Notes: generated by a model from the letters alone, not told the origin. 64,000 nt of DNA from Eledone cirrhosa (GCA_964016885.1 OZ024758.1:30442001-30506000); one strand, 5' to 3'. Counted from the stretch's first letter, positions 12,005-25,756 are shown. Made by a program: numbers and translations.

Positions 12005-13220
12005 TTATCATCATACATCTGTTTTTCCATGCATGTGTAGGTTGGATGGGTCTTCTGTAGCACAGCCTCATACCACTTGTTGCAGTCCTTTATCATTTCC
12101 TTCATCAGGTTCAGCTTTCACATCTTTCTATGACCTTTCTTCCTCAGATTCCTTCCACTTTGGTCACTTGGCACTTCTTTACTCAACTCTTCTACATGTC
12201 GTCTTCTCTCTAGCACACTGCTTCCGATTACTCTGATACCCAGTATTTCTTTTAACTCATTTATGCTTCATTGTTTGTGCACACTAATATTACACACCCA
12301 GCAGAAAATCATCTAGTTTCTTTCCAGCCTTCACACATACTTCACTTTCACTGCTCATGTTTTGCTGCGATGCAACATCATACTTTGTACCATATAATAT
12401 GTGTTCACTTGGAGAGAAAATCCCATTGTTGCCTACAGATATAATAGCTCCCTGAACTTTTTCGACCCTATTCTTACCTTGGCTACTAAGGTTTCAGAAC
12501 AACCTTCTCCGTGACTAAAGTGGTCACTTAGTTAACGAAAGCTGTCAACTACTTTGAGTCATTATTATTATAACCGTTTTACACCAATTTTTCCATGCTT
12601 GCAAGGGTTGGATGGGTCCTTTCCAGTACAACATCTTTGCTTCGTCTCGGTCCTTTGTCAACCCAGCTGTGAGATTCAGTGATTTGAGATCAGTTCTGCC
12701 CAGGTCTTCCTTGATTTCCTACTGAAGCTCCCTTCCACTAGGATTTCTTGGCACTTCTTCACCCAATGATCATCATCGATACACATCATAGTCTTCTCTC
12801 CTGCACACTATATATCTAACCTCTCTCTCAGCTCATCTATGCTTTACCTTTCACATATATTAACATTGCACATCCATTGAATCATGCTTGCTTCATTTCT
12901 CTCCAGTCTTCGCATATCCTCTGCCTTCACAGCCCATGCCTCACTACCATGTAACATCTCACTTTGTATACAAGCATCATACAGCTGGATTTTCTTTCAT
13001 AGAGAGAAAATGTTTCCTGTCAACAGAGGTAGTAGCTCTCTCAACTTTTTCTATCCTGTTCTTACTCTACCTCTTATGCTTTCGGTGCAGCCTCCTCTTC
13101 CACTAATTTTATCACCTCGGTAGCAGAAGCTATCAACCACTTCTATGGAGCATTCTTGGGATTGGAAAATGTTTATTTTACTGATGCTTTTATAACTAAC
13201 TATCCCTGTGCATCTGCCAC
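12005..13220 (-). mobile_element. Two decayed RTE LINE 3' fragments
   Basis: Reverse frames give IEVVDSFCY.GD and related RTE C-terminal motifs. Confidence 0.7.
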
Positions 13221-13873
13221 ATAGTCTGCCTACTCTCGCACTACACCGTGTGTATCCAGGAGTTGCATTGTGCACATCGTTTGAAATAATTCATTTTATG
13301 GATGTTTGCCATCATCATCATCATCATTTAACATTTGTTTTCCCTGCTGGCAAGGTTTGGATGTATTGTCACAGACTGGTCAATACTCAAGCAGAGCTAC
13401 TGACCTCCCAGATGGTCCAAGGCCATGCATCTCATATCTGACCCCGTACTCTATCAAGTGTATTTTATTGTGACACCAGCACTAAGGAGGTTGTTAATGT
13501 CCCTTCTGACCCTTTGTTCTTATTGCTCGAGCAGAGCTACAAACATCTCGGATGGTTTGAAGCCCCTCATCTCTAATACGATCCTGCACTCTGTCAAGTG
13601 TATTTTATCGTGGCACTAGCACTAGGGTGGTTGTCATGTCTGACACAGTTGAAGAGTTCACTCGACCCCTTGTTTTTACTGCTAATTACTCCTGTATTTC
13701 TTGTGAATCCATAGTTTACATCTGGCACACTGTATCTCATGGCTACATCCCACTTGGTAATAGAATCTTGTCTTCTTTCCTGCTAACTATAATTTTTGTC
13801 TTTGCTTAACATCTTCAATTCTTTCTTTTCAGTTATATTAAAAGCTTTCATTTCTTAAAATTCATTTTCACAG

Positions 13874-13918
13874 AATTGAAAAAATTTTATAAGACTGCAA
13901 GAATTTCCCAAAATAATG
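13874..13918 (+). CDS. ATPAF2: ATPAF2 exon 2 (ELKKFYKTARISQNN)
   Basis: Acceptor ttcattttcacag| and donor |gtgagt; 45 nt; matches the K[KR]FY motif of ATP12. Confidence 0.92.
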
Positions 13919-15396
13919 GTGAGTTTTTTCCCTTTAATATTTCTTCTCTATAGTTTAGCTAAGAACGATTTTTATCTTGGTATAAGCTTTTGTTTGTATG
14001 AAGGGATTAAAGTTGATAAAGCATCATGCAGTATATTGCAGGTTTTATTCCCCTCACCCCCAATAGTATCCTTATCATCTGTTAGTATTAAAATTGCTTT
14101 GTAAAGAGCTCTTGCCTATCACTAGTTTTATAGCATTAAGTGGATGTTAGATAAGTTTGCATCTTGATAGGATACTGGTGTATCACAGGTAGCATTCCTG
14201 GATTATCAGATACATCCTCCAAACATCTAAGATAGTCCCTACATAGTCACGCGACCTGCTGGAAACAACAGCCAAATCTCCTTAAAACTGCACCTTACTG
14301 TCTTAAATGGGGAAAGTATACATTGAATAATTTTGTCCAATGGTAGCCCTCTTGCAATAAGATTATTTGTCCCTCTTAAAGAAATCAATTTTAACTTGTT
14401 TTTCTGAAATGATGTACATTAAATGGACATTGTGCAAATTACAGTAATTGGATAAATTTATAATTAGAACTATATTATCAATGTATCATTTAAAATTTAA
14501 TGTGGTTAGCATTAAGAAGGGCATCCAGCCATAGAAACTTAGCCAGAAACAGTTCTGTATGAGCAAGGTATGGTCATCTGATCTGACTTGTCTCACAATG
14601 GAACAACTCGTCTAACCCATGCTAGGGTGGAAAAATGGACGTTAAACAGTGATGATGATAAGGGTTATATTGGGCATTGCCAATGTAGTTGATATTATAC
14701 TGAAATTTAGTTTCTCCTAAATCCTGACCTAAATTTATTAGGGAAATATAGACATTAAATGATGGTGACAATAATAATTTACTGCTAGTCAATAGGATAT
14801 ATACATTTCCTCCATTGTAGTCAGTAGTGTATATACATTGTGTCCATTGTAGCCAATAGTATAAATACATTGTGTCCATTGGACCCGATTCTGCACCAGT
14901 TAGCTCATAAAAAAACAGCAATTTCAGGTCCTCCTAGATACTGCCTTTGGCGACCTGCCTCTTTTCTCAGGCTTTGAAAAACTAAGTTGACCACAGGTGT
15001 CTCTAGTTGGCAAATAATGTGGTCAGACCATTGGAGATATCAAAAACCTAATTTGGTTCCAGGCTAGGCTGTGGTACTATTGATGCTGGGAAAAAGCAAA
15101 TGAGTATCAAATTCTGCTCCATGTACTTAAGACTTTTACAGTGGAAAGAAGCTCAAGCACAACTCATATTCAAACTTGAGTGACTCCAGTTGCTTACTTG
15201 GCAGAGTCATGATAATATTCTCTCAATCTGTTTTCCATTCTTTATATTTAATTCTTAACATCCTGTACCACATGGAACCACATTAACAAGACATTGTTGA
15301 AAAGTACAAAATAGCACTGACTGCATAGTATGGAATATTAAAGTCCTTAGTTTACTGCAAATGTTCACATTCTGTCTGCTAAAGACAATACTATAA

Positions 15397-15733
15397 ACAT
15401 GGCTTAGTGTTTAGAGCATTGGGCTTGCAATCGAAAGGTTGTGAGTTCAATTCTCAGACCAGGTGATGTGTTGTTTCCTTGAGCAAGACACTTTATTTAA
15501 CATTGCTCCAGTTTACTCAGCTGTAGAAATTAGATGATAGGGACTGGGGTCCCTATCATTCCACTGCAAAGTGGTCATGGAGGTGCCACGGCAAAAAAGC
15601 ACCCAGCACTCACTGTAAATGAGGTTGGTGTTAGGAAGGGCATCCAGCTGTAGAAATCAAGCCAGAATCAGTTCCCATCCCACCCTTGCAAGCAGGGAAA
15701 AGTGGACGTAAAATGATGATGATGATGATGATT
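15397..15733 (+). mobile_element. tRNA-headed CORE-like SINE with RTE tail
   Basis: A-box TGGCTTAGTG, B-box GAGTTCAATTCTC, core CCTTGAGCAAGACACTT and (GAT)n tail. Confidence 0.88.
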
Positions 15734-16043
15734 ATCCTTTGATCTGTTGTTACTTTCTCATTATCCAATGTAACTCCCTCCCCCATTTTACCTGTAGTCA
15801 AAACAAGATTATTATTATCATTACTAGCTGGCCCCATGCCATCAAAAATGATGGCTAATTGTAATATCTATACATAATATAAAAAAAGAGATGTTTGTTT
15901 GTTTGTTCGCTGGTTGGTTGGTTCCTTCATGCTCACTCACACAAGTGATACAAACATACAAACACACAGCTGTGACGAATCTTAGAACACCGGACTTCCA
16001 TAGTTTCTCACCCCTCCTTCGTCAGTCATCACATAGATGTGTG

Positions 16044-16388
16044 TCATCATCATCATCATCATCATTTTACGTCCGCTTTTCCCTACTTGCAAGGGTGGGA
16101 CGGGAACTGATTCTGGCTTGATTTCTACAGCTGGATGCCCTTCCTAACACCAACCTCATTTACAGTGAGTGCTGGGTGCTTTTTTGCTGTGGCACCTCCA
16201 CGACCACTTTGCAGTGGAATGATAGGGACCTCAGTCCCTATCATCTCATTTCTACATCTGAGTAAACTGGAGCAATGTGAAATAATGTGTCTTGCTCAAG
16301 GAAACAACACATCACCCGGTGTGAGAATTGAACTCACAATCTTTCGATTGCAAGGCCAATGCTCTAACCACTAAGCCATATGCCTCCG
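16044..16388 (-). mobile_element. tRNA-headed CORE-like SINE with RTE tail, inverted relative to 15397-15733
   Basis: Reverse complement of the neighbouring copy. Confidence 0.88.
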
Positions 16389-16944
16389 TGTGTATGTAAT
16401 AATTATTTTTTCTAAGTGTGTCTGTTTATATATATGTATGTGTAGATATGTATGTGTAGATGCGTGTGTGCTTGTAATTCTATTGTCTATGTATCTTTCC
16501 AAATAAACACACAAACACATACACTCACACAAATATATAAAAATATAATTTACACAAACACATAATCATAACAGCCAATGTGTGTAGCCAATTCGCTATA
16601 CATGTATACACACAGAGCTGTAGTGTATGTTAAACGCTGCCACCCCTTCCTTCCTCAGTCATCTCTAGTGTATGACGGACAAATACACAAGGCTTTTATA
16701 CATTAGTAGATGATTTCAACAGTTTTATTTGTGTTTCTATTGCACTTCTCTGTATCTGAGGTGTGTGCAGTGTGGGATGTACTTAACTTCGATAGGTTGA
16801 CCCAGGCTATGTCTAACTTAATAGCACCACCAGTACAGTTTCTTCTGTATACTACATAAGTTTTCTTTTGTTGTTTCTGCTGTTATTTTAATTTTTCAAC
16901 TGTTTCTTGCAGAGAGTATGTGTAGTATCAGTTATGTTATATGT

Positions 16945-17310
16945 GAAGGCACATGGCTTAGTGGTTAGAGCATTGGGCTTACAATCGTGAGGTTGTGAGT
17001 TCAATTCTCAGACCGGGCTTTGCATTGTGTTCTTGAGCAAGACACTTTATTTCATGTTGTTCCAGTTCACTTTATTTCATGTTGTTCCAGTTCACTCAGC
17101 TGTAGAAATGAGTTATGATGTCACTGGTGCCAAGCTGTATCAGCCATTGCCTTTCCCTTCGACAACATTGCTGGCATAGAAAGGGAGACTGGTATGCATG
17201 GGCAAGAGCTGGTCTTCCACAAACAACCTGGCCTGGACTTGTGTCTCGGAGGGGAACTTTCTGGGTGTAAATCCCATGGTCATTCATGACCAAACGGGGC
17301 CTTTACTTTA
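16945..17310 (+). mobile_element. tRNA-headed CORE-like SINE with a different 3' body; partial reverse copy at ~63720-63910
   Basis: Same head and core as the other SINEs, with a distinct tail ending CTTTACTTTAC. Confidence 0.75.
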
Positions 17311-17354
17311 CTAGTTGCGTTGTTTGGAAGTGTTTATGATTTCTATGTACTGCG

Positions 17355-18070
17355 TTTTGGTGTCATGACAAAAAGCACCCAGTCCACTCTGTAAAGTGGT
17401 CGTCTAGGTGTCATGACTAAAAGCACCTTGTCAACACTGTAAAGTGGTTGTGTAGGTGTCATGACAAAAAGCACCCAGTCTACTCTGTAAAGTAGTTGTG
17501 TAGGTGTCATGACAAAAAGCACCCAGTCCACTCTGTAAAGTAGTTGTGTAGGTGTCATGACAAAAAGAACCCAGTCCACTCTGTAAAGTAGTCGTGTAGG
17601 TGTCATGACAAAAAGCACCCAGTCCACTCTGTAAAGTAGTCGTGTAGGTGTCATGACAAAAAGCACCCAGCCCACTCTGTAAAGTAGTCGTGTAGGTGTC
17701 ATGACAGAAAGCACCCAGTCTACTCTGTAAAGTAGTTGTGTAGGTGTCATGACAAAAAGCACCCAGTCCACTCTGTAAAGTAGTTGTGTAGGTGTCATGA
17801 CAAAAAGCACCCAGTCCACTCTGTAAAGTAGTCGTGTAGGTGTCATGACAAAAAGCACCCAGTCCACTCTGTAAAGTAGTTGTGTAGGTGTCATGACAAA
17901 AAGCACCCAGTCCACTCTGTAAAGTAGTTGTGTAGGTGTCATGACAAAAAGCACCTTGTCCACACTGTAAAGTGGTCGTGTAGGTGTCATGCAAAAAGCA
18001 CCCAGTCCACTCTGTAAATGTGGTTGGCGTTAGGAAGGGCACCAAGCTGTAGAGACCAAGCTAAAATCAG
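17355..18070 (+). repeat. 48-bp VNTR array (~13 units) derived from the RTE 3' UTR
   Basis: Unit GTGTCATGACAAAAAGCACCCAGTCCACTCTGTAAAGTAGTYGTGTAG, followed by a GTTAGGAAGGGCA box. Confidence 0.9.
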
Positions 18071-18074
18071 TTGT

Positions 18075-21000
18075 ATTGTGAGTGGCAGTTGTTGTGTGGT
18101 TGGTATTGTATTATTGAGTGGCAGTTGTTGTGTGGTTGGTATTGTATTGTTGAGTGGCAGTTGTTGTGTGGTTGGTATTGTTTTATTGAGTAGCAGTTGT
18201 TGTGTGGTTGGCATTGTATTATTGAGTAGCAGTTGTTGTGTGGTTGGTATTGTATTATTGAGTGGCAGTTGTTGTGTGGTTGGTATTGTATTATTGAGTG
18301 GCAGTTGTTGTGTGGTTGGTATTGTATTATTGAGTGGCAGTTGTTGTGTGGTTGGTATTGTATTATTGAGTAGCAGTTGTTGTGTGGTTGGTATTGTATT
18401 GTTGAGTGGCAGTTGTTGTGTGGTTGGTATTGTATTATTGAGTAGCAGTTGTTGTGTGGTTGGTATTGTATTATTGAGTAGCAGTTGTGTGGTTGGTATT
18501 GTATTATTGAGTAGCAGGTGTTGTGTGGTTGGTATTGTATTATTGAGTGGCAGTTGTTGTGTGGTTGGTATTGTATTATTGAGTAGCAGTTGTTGTGTGG
18601 TTGGTATTGTATTATTGAGTGGCAGTTGTTGTGTGGTTGGTAGTGTATTGTTGAGTAGCAGTTGTTGTGTGGTTGGTATTGTATTATTGAGTGGCAGTTG
18701 TTGTGTGGTTGGTATTGTATTGTTGAGTGGCAGTTGTTGTGTGGTTGGTATTGTATTATTGAGTGGCAGTTGTTGTGTGGTTGGTATTGTATTGTTGAGT
18801 GGCAGTTGTTGTGTGGTTGGTATTGTATTATTGAGTGGCAGTTGTTGTGTGGTTGGTATTGTATTGTTGAGTGGCAGTTGTTGTGTGGTTGGTATTGTAT
18901 TATTGAGTGGCAGTTGTTGTGTGGTTGGTATTGTATTGTTGAGTGGCAGTTGTTGTGTGTTTGGTATTGTATTACTGAGTGGCAGTTGTTGTGTGGTTGT
19001 TATTGTATTATTGAGTAGCAGTTGTTGTGTGGTTGGTATTGTATTATTGAGTGGCAGTTGTTGTGTGGTTGGTATTGTATTGTTGAGTGGCAGTTGTTGT
19101 GTGGTTGGTATTGTATTATTGAGTGGCAGTTGTTGTGTGGTTGGTATTGTATTATTGAGTGGCAGTTGTTGTGTGGTTGGTATTATATTGTTGAGTGGCA
19201 GTTGTTGTGTGGTTGGTATTGTATTATTGAGTGGCAGTTATTGTGTGGTTGTTATTGTATTATTGAGTAGCAGTTGTTGTGTGGTTGGTATTGTATTATT
19301 GAGTGGCAGTTGTTGTGTGGTTGGTATTGTATTATTGAGTAGCAGTTGTGTGGTTGGTATTGTATTATTGAGTAGCAGTTGTTGTGTGGTTGGTATTGTA
19401 TTATTGAGTGGCAGTTGTTGTGTGGTTGGTATTGTATTATTGAGTGGCAGTTGTTGTGTGGTTGGTATTGTATTGTTGAATGGCAGTTGTTGTGTGGTTG
19501 GTATTATATTATTGAGTGGCAGTTGTGTGGTTGGTATTGTATTATTGTGTGGCAGTTGTTGTGTGGTTGGTATTGTATTATTGAGTGGCAGTTGTTGTGT
19601 GGTTGGTATTGTATTATTGAGTAGCAGTTGTTGTGTGGTTGGTATTGTATTATTGAGTAGCAGTTGTTGTGTGGTTGGTATTGTATTGTTGAGTAGCAGT
19701 TGTGTGGTTGGTATTGTATTGTTGAATGGCAGTTGTGTGGTTGGTATTGTATTATTGAGTGGCAGTTGTTGTGTGGTTGGTATTGTATTATTGAGTGGCA
19801 GTTGTTGTGTGGTTGGTATTGTATTGTTGAATGGCAGTTGTTGTGTGGTTGGTATTATATTATTGAGTGGCAGTTGTTGTGTGGTTGGTATTGTATTATT
19901 GAGTGGCAGTTGTTGTGTGGTTGGTATTGTATTATTGAGTGGCAGTTGTTGTGTGGTTGGTATTGTATTATTGAGTAGCAGTTGTTGTGTGGTTGGTATT
20001 GTATTATTGAGTAGCAGTTGTTGTGTGGTTGGTATTGTATTGTTGAGTAGCAGTTGTGTGGTTGGTATTGTATTGTTGAATGGCAGTTGTTGTGTGGTTG
20101 GTATTGTATTATTGAGTAGCAGTTGTTGTGTGGTTGGTATTGTATTATTGAGTGGCAGTTGTTGTGTGGTTGGTATTGTATTGTTGAGTAGCAGTTGTTG
20201 TGTGGTTGGTATTGTATTATTGAGTGGCAGTTGTTGTGTGGTTGGTATTGTATTGTTGAGTGGCAGTTGTTGTGTGGTTGGTATTGTATTATTGAGTGGC
20301 AGTTGTTGTGTGGTTGGTATTGTATTGTTGAGTGGCAGTTGTTGTGTGGTTGGTATTGTATTATTGAGTGGCAGTTGTTGTGTGGTTGGTATTGTATTAT
20401 TGAGTAGCAGTTGTTGTGTGGTTGGTATTGTATTGTTGAGTGGCAGTTGTTGTGTGGTTGGTATTGTATTATTGAGTAGCAGTTGTTGTGTGGTTGGTAT
20501 TGTATTATTGAGTAGCAGTTGTGTGGTTGGTATTGTATTATTGAGTAGCAGGTGTTGTGTGGTTGGTATTGTATTATTGAGTGGCAGTTGTTGTGTGGTT
20601 GGTATTGTATTATTGAGTAGCAGTTGTTGTGTGGTTGGTATTGTATTATTGAGTGGCAGTTGTTGTGTGGTTGGTAGTGTATTGTTGAGTAGCAGTTGTT
20701 GTGTGGTTGGTATTGTATTATTGAGTGGCAGTTGTTGTGTGGTTGGTATTGTATTGTTGAGTGGCAGTTGTTGTGTGGTTGGTATTGTATTATTGAGTGG
20801 CAGTTGTTGTGTGGTTGGTATTGTATTGTTGAGTGGCAGTTGTTGTGTGGTTGGTATTGTATTATTGAGTGGCAGTTGTTGTGTGGTTGGTATTGTATTG
20901 TTGAGTGGCAGTTGTTGTGTGGTTGGTATTGTATTATTGAGTGGCAGTTGTTGTGTGGTTGGTATTGTATTGTTGAGTGGCAGTTGTTGTGTGTTTGGTA

Positions 21001-24000
21001 TTGTATTACTGAGTGGCAGTTGTTGTGTGGTTGTTATTGTATTATTGAGTAGCAGTTGTTGTGTGGTTGGTATTGTATTATTGAGTGGCAGTTGTTGTGT
21101 GGTTGGTATTGTATTGTTGAGTGGCAGTTGTTGTGTGGTTGGTATTGTATTATTGAGTGGCAGTTGTTGTGTGGTTGGTATTGTATTATTGAGTGGCAGT
21201 TGTTGTGTGGTTGGTATTATATTGTTGAGTGGCAGTTGTTGTGTGGTTGGTATTGTATTATTGAGTGGCAGTTATTGTGTGGTTGTTATTGTATTATTGA
21301 GTAGCAGTTGTTGTGTGGTTGGTATTGTATTATTGAGTGGCAGTTGTTGTGTGGTTGGTATTGTATTATTGAGTAGCAGTTGTGTGGTTGGTATTGTATT
21401 ATTGAGTAGCAGTTGTTGTGTGGTTGGTATTGTATTATTGAGTGGCAGTTGTTGTGTGGTTGGTATTGTATTATTGAGTGGCAGTTGTTGTGTGGTTGGT
21501 ATTGTATTGTTGAATGGCAGTTGTTGTGTGGTTGGTATTATATTATTGAGTGGCAGTTGTGTGGTTGGTATTGTATTATTGTGTGGCAGTTGTTGTGTGG
21601 TTGGTATTGTATTATTGAGTGGCAGTTGTTGTGTGGTTGGTATTGTATTATTGAGTAGCAGTTGTTGTGTGGTTGGTATTGTATTATTGAGTAGCAGTTG
21701 TTGTGTGGTTGGTATTGTATTGTTGAGTAGCAGTTGTGTGGTTGGTATTGTATTGTTGAATGGCAGTTGTGTGGTTGGTATTGTATTATTGAGTGGCAGT
21801 TGTTGTGTGGTTGGTATTGTATTATTGAGTGGCAGTTGTTGTGTGGTTGGTATTGTATTGTTGAGTGGCAGTTGTTGTGTGTTTGGTATTGTATTACTGA
21901 GTGGCAGTTGTTGTGTGGTTGTTATTGTATTATTGAGTAGCAGTTGTTGTGTGGTTGGTATTGTATTATTGAGTGGCAGTTGTTGTGTGGTTGGTATTGT
22001 ATTGTTGAGTGGCAGTTGTTGTGTGGTTGGTATTGTATTATTGAGTGGCAGTTGTTGTGTGGTTGGTATTGTATTATTGAGTGGCAGTTGTTGTGTGGTT
22101 GGTATTATATTGTTGAGTGGCAGTTGTTGTGTGGTTGGTATTGTATTATTGAGTGGCAGTTATTGTGTGGTTGTTATTGTATTATTGAGTAGCAGTTGTT
22201 GTGTGGTTGGTATTGTATTATTGAGTGGCAGTTGTTGTGTGGTTGGTATTGTATTATTGAGTAGCAGTTGTGTGGTTGGTATTGTATTATTGAGTAGCAG
22301 TTGTTGTGTGGTTGGTATTGTATTATTGAGTGGCAGTTGTTGTGTGGTTGGTATTGTATTATTGAGTGGCAGTTGTTGTGTGGTTGGTATTGTATTGTTG
22401 AATGGCAGTTGTTGTGTGGTTGGTATTATATTATTGAGTGGCAGTTGTGTGGTTGGTATTGTATTATTGTGTGGCAGTTGTTGTGTGGTTGGTATTGTAT
22501 TATTGAGTGGCAGTTGTTGTGTGGTTGGTATTGTATTATTGAGTAGCAGTTGTTGTGTGGTTGGTATTGTATTATTGAGTAGCAGTTGTTGTGTGGTTGG
22601 TATTGTATTGTTGAGTAGCAGTTGTGTGGTTGGTATTGTATTGTTGAATGGCAGTTGTGTGGTTGGTATTGTATTATTGAGTGGCAGTTGTTGTGTGGTT
22701 GGTATTGTATTATTGAGTGGCAGTTGTTGTGTGGTTGGTATTGTATTGTTGAATGGCAGTTGTTGTGTGGTTGGTATTATATTATTGAGTGGCAGTTGTT
22801 GTGTGGTTGGTATTGTATTATTGAGTGGCAGTTGTTGTGTGGTTGGTATTGTATTATTGAGTGGCAGTTGTTGTGTGGTTGGTATTGTATTATTGAGTAG
22901 CAGTTGTTGTGTGGTTGGTATTGTATTATTGAGTAGCAGTTGTTGTGTGGTTGGTATTGTATTGTTGAGTAGCAGTTGTGTGGTTGGTATTGTATTGTTG
23001 AATGGCAGTTGTTGTGTGGTTGGTATTGTATTATTGAGTAGCAGTTGTTGTGTGGTTGGTATTGTATTATTGAGTGGCAGTTGTTGTGTGGTTGGTATTG
23101 TATTGTTGAGTAGCAGTTGTTGTGTGGTTGGTATTGTATTTTGAGTGGCAGTTGTTGTGTGGTTGGTATTGTATTGTTGAGTGGCAGTTGTTGTGTGGTT
23201 GGTATTGTATTATTGAGTGGCAGTTGTTGTGTGGTTGGTATTGTATTGTTGAGTGGCAGTTGTTGTGTGGTTGGTATTGTATTATTGAGTGGCAGTTGTT
23301 GTGTGGTTGGTATTGTATTATTGAGTAGCAGTTGTTGTGTGGTTGGTATTGTATTGTTGAGTGGCAGTTGTTGTGTGGTTGGTATTGTATTATTGAGTAG
23401 CAGTTGTTGTGTGGTTGGTATTGTATTATTGAGTAGCAGTTGTGTGGTTGGTATTGTATTATTGAGTAGCAGGTGTTGTGTGGTTGGTATTGTATTATTG
23501 AGTGGCAGTTGTTGTGTGGTTGGTATTGTATTATTGAGTAGCAGTTGTTGTGTGGTTGGTATTGTATTATTGAGTGGCAGTTGTTGTGTGGTTGGTAGTG
23601 TATTGTTGAGTAGCAGTTGTTGTGTGGTTGGTATTGTATTATTGAGTGGCAGTTGTTGTGTGGTTGGTATTGTATTGTTGAGTGGCAGTTGTTGTGTGGT
23701 TGGTATTGTATTATTGAGTGGCAGTTGTTGTGTGGTTGGTATTGTATTGTTGAGTGGCAGTTGTTGTGTGGTTGGTATTGTATTATTGAGTGGCAGTTGT
23801 TGTGTGGTTGGTATTGTATTGTTGAGTGGCAGTTGTTGTGTGGTTGGTATTGTATTATTGAGTGGCAGTTGTTGTGTGGTTGGTATTGTATTGTTGAGTG
23901 GCAGTTGTTGTGTGTTTGGTATTGTATTACTGAGTGGCAGTTGTTGTGTGGTTGTTATTGTATTATTGAGTAGCAGTTGTTGTGTGGTTGGTATTGTATT

Positions 24001-25618
24001 ATTGAGTGGCAGTTGTTGTGTGGTTGGTATTGTATTGTTGAGTGGCAGTTGTTGTGTGGTTGGTATTGTATTATTGAGTGGCAGTTGTTGTGTGGTTGGT
24101 ATTGTATTATTGAGTGGCAGTTGTTGTGTGGTTGGTATTATATTGTTGAGTGGCAGTTGTTGTGTGGTTGGTATTGTATTATTGAGTGGCAGTTATTGTG
24201 TGGTTGTTATTGTATTATTGAGTAGCAGTTGTTGTGTGGTTGGTATTGTATTATTGAGTGGCAGTTGTTGTGTGGTTGGTATTGTATTATTGAGTAGCAG
24301 TTGTGTGGTTGGTATTGTATTATTGAGTAGCAGTTGTTGTGTGGTTGGTATTGTATTATTGAGTGGCAGTTGTTGTGTGGTTGGTATTGTATTATTGAGT
24401 GGCAGTTGTTGTGTGGTTGGTATTGTATTGTTGAATGGCAGTTGTTGTGTGGTTGGTATTATATTATTGAGTGGCAGTTGTGTGGTTGGTATTGTATTAT
24501 TGTGTGGCAGTTGTTGTGTGGTTGGTATTGTATTATTGAGTGGCAGTTGTTGTGTGGTTGGTATTGTATTATTGAGTAGCAGTTGTTGTGTGGTTGGTAT
24601 TGTATTATTGAGTAGCAGTTGTTGTGTGGTTGGTATTGTATTGTTGAGTAGCAGTTGTGTGGTTGGTATTGTATTGTTGAATGGCAGTTGTGTGGTTGGT
24701 ATTGTATTATTGAGTGGCAGTTGTTGTGTGGTTGGTATTGTATTATTGAGTGGCAGTTGTTGTGTGGTTGGTATTGTATTGTTGAATGGCAGTTGTTGTG
24801 TGGTTGGTATTATATTATTGAGTGGCAGTTGTTGTGTGGTTGGTATTGTATTATTGAGTGGCAGTTGTTGTGTGGTTGGTATTGTATTATTGAGTGGCAG
24901 TTGTTGTGTGGTTGGTATTGTATTATTGAGTAGCAGTTGTTGTGTGGTTGGTATTGTATTATTGAGTAGCAGTTGTTGTGTGGTTGGTATTGTATTGTTG
25001 AGTAGCAGTTGTGTGGTTGGTATTGTATTGTTGAATGGCAGTTGTTGTGTGGTTGGTATTGTATTATTGAGTAGCAGTTGTTGTGTGGTTGGTATTGTAT
25101 TATTGAGTGGCAGTTGTTGTGTGGTTGGTATTGTATTGTTGAGTAGCAGTTGTTGTGTGGTTGGTATTGTATTATTGAGTGGCAGTTGTTGTGTGGTTGG
25201 TATTGTATTGTTGAGTGGCAGTTGTTGTGTGGTTGGTATTGTATTATTGAGTGGCAGTTGTTGTGTGGTTGGTATTGTATTGTTGAGTGGCAGTTGTTGT
25301 GTGGTTGGTATTGTATTATTGAGTGGCAGTTGTTGTGTGGTTGGTATTGTATTGTTAAGTGGCAGTTGTTGTGTGGTTGGTATTGTATTGTTGAGTGGCA
25401 GGTGTTGTGTGGTTGGTATTGTATTATTGAGTAGCAGTTGTTGTGTGGTTGGTATTGTATTATTGAGTAGCAGTTGTTGTGTGGTTGGTATTGTATTGTT
25501 GAGTAGCAGTTGTGTGGTTGGTATTGTATTGTTGAGTGGCAGTTGTTGTGTGGTTGGTATTGTATTGTTGAGTGGCAGGTGTTGTGTGGTTGGTATTGTA
25601 TTGCTGAGTGGCAGTTGT
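18075..25618. repeat. 33-bp minisatellite (~7.5 kb) with higher-order structure
   Basis: Unit GAGTRGCAGTTGTTGTGTGGTTGGTATTGTATTRTT-like, with 30-bp variants. Diagnostic variants recur at 2034-bp and 888-bp spacing. Confidence 0.97.
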
Positions 25619-25699
25619 GAAGAATATGTAAGATTATGCTGTGTTACTGTATGATTGGTGATTATGTACTGCAGAGGTTTTCAAAATGGGCGCTGCTGC

Positions 25700-25754
<55 letters not shown>

Positions 25755-25756
<2 letters not shown>

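Noticed and set aside
15397-15465. tRNA gene calls at SINE heads
   Set aside because: A and B boxes run into the SINE core and tail; no complete cloverleaf.
15995-16035. Minus-strand CTGACGA-N11-GAAA motif
   Set aside because: No pairing in stem II or stem I.
17343-18045. Possible CRISPR-like arrays (this and the other tandem arrays)
   Set aside because: Units are head-to-tail without unique spacers; no cas genes; eukaryotic context.
18018-25654. 1708-aa and 845-aa Cys/Val-rich ORFs, and the stop-free reverse PTTQQLPLNNTI frame
   Set aside because: By-products of a 33-bp (multiple of 3) minisatellite inside ATPAF2 intron 2; no unique domain, and a frameshift at ~23140.
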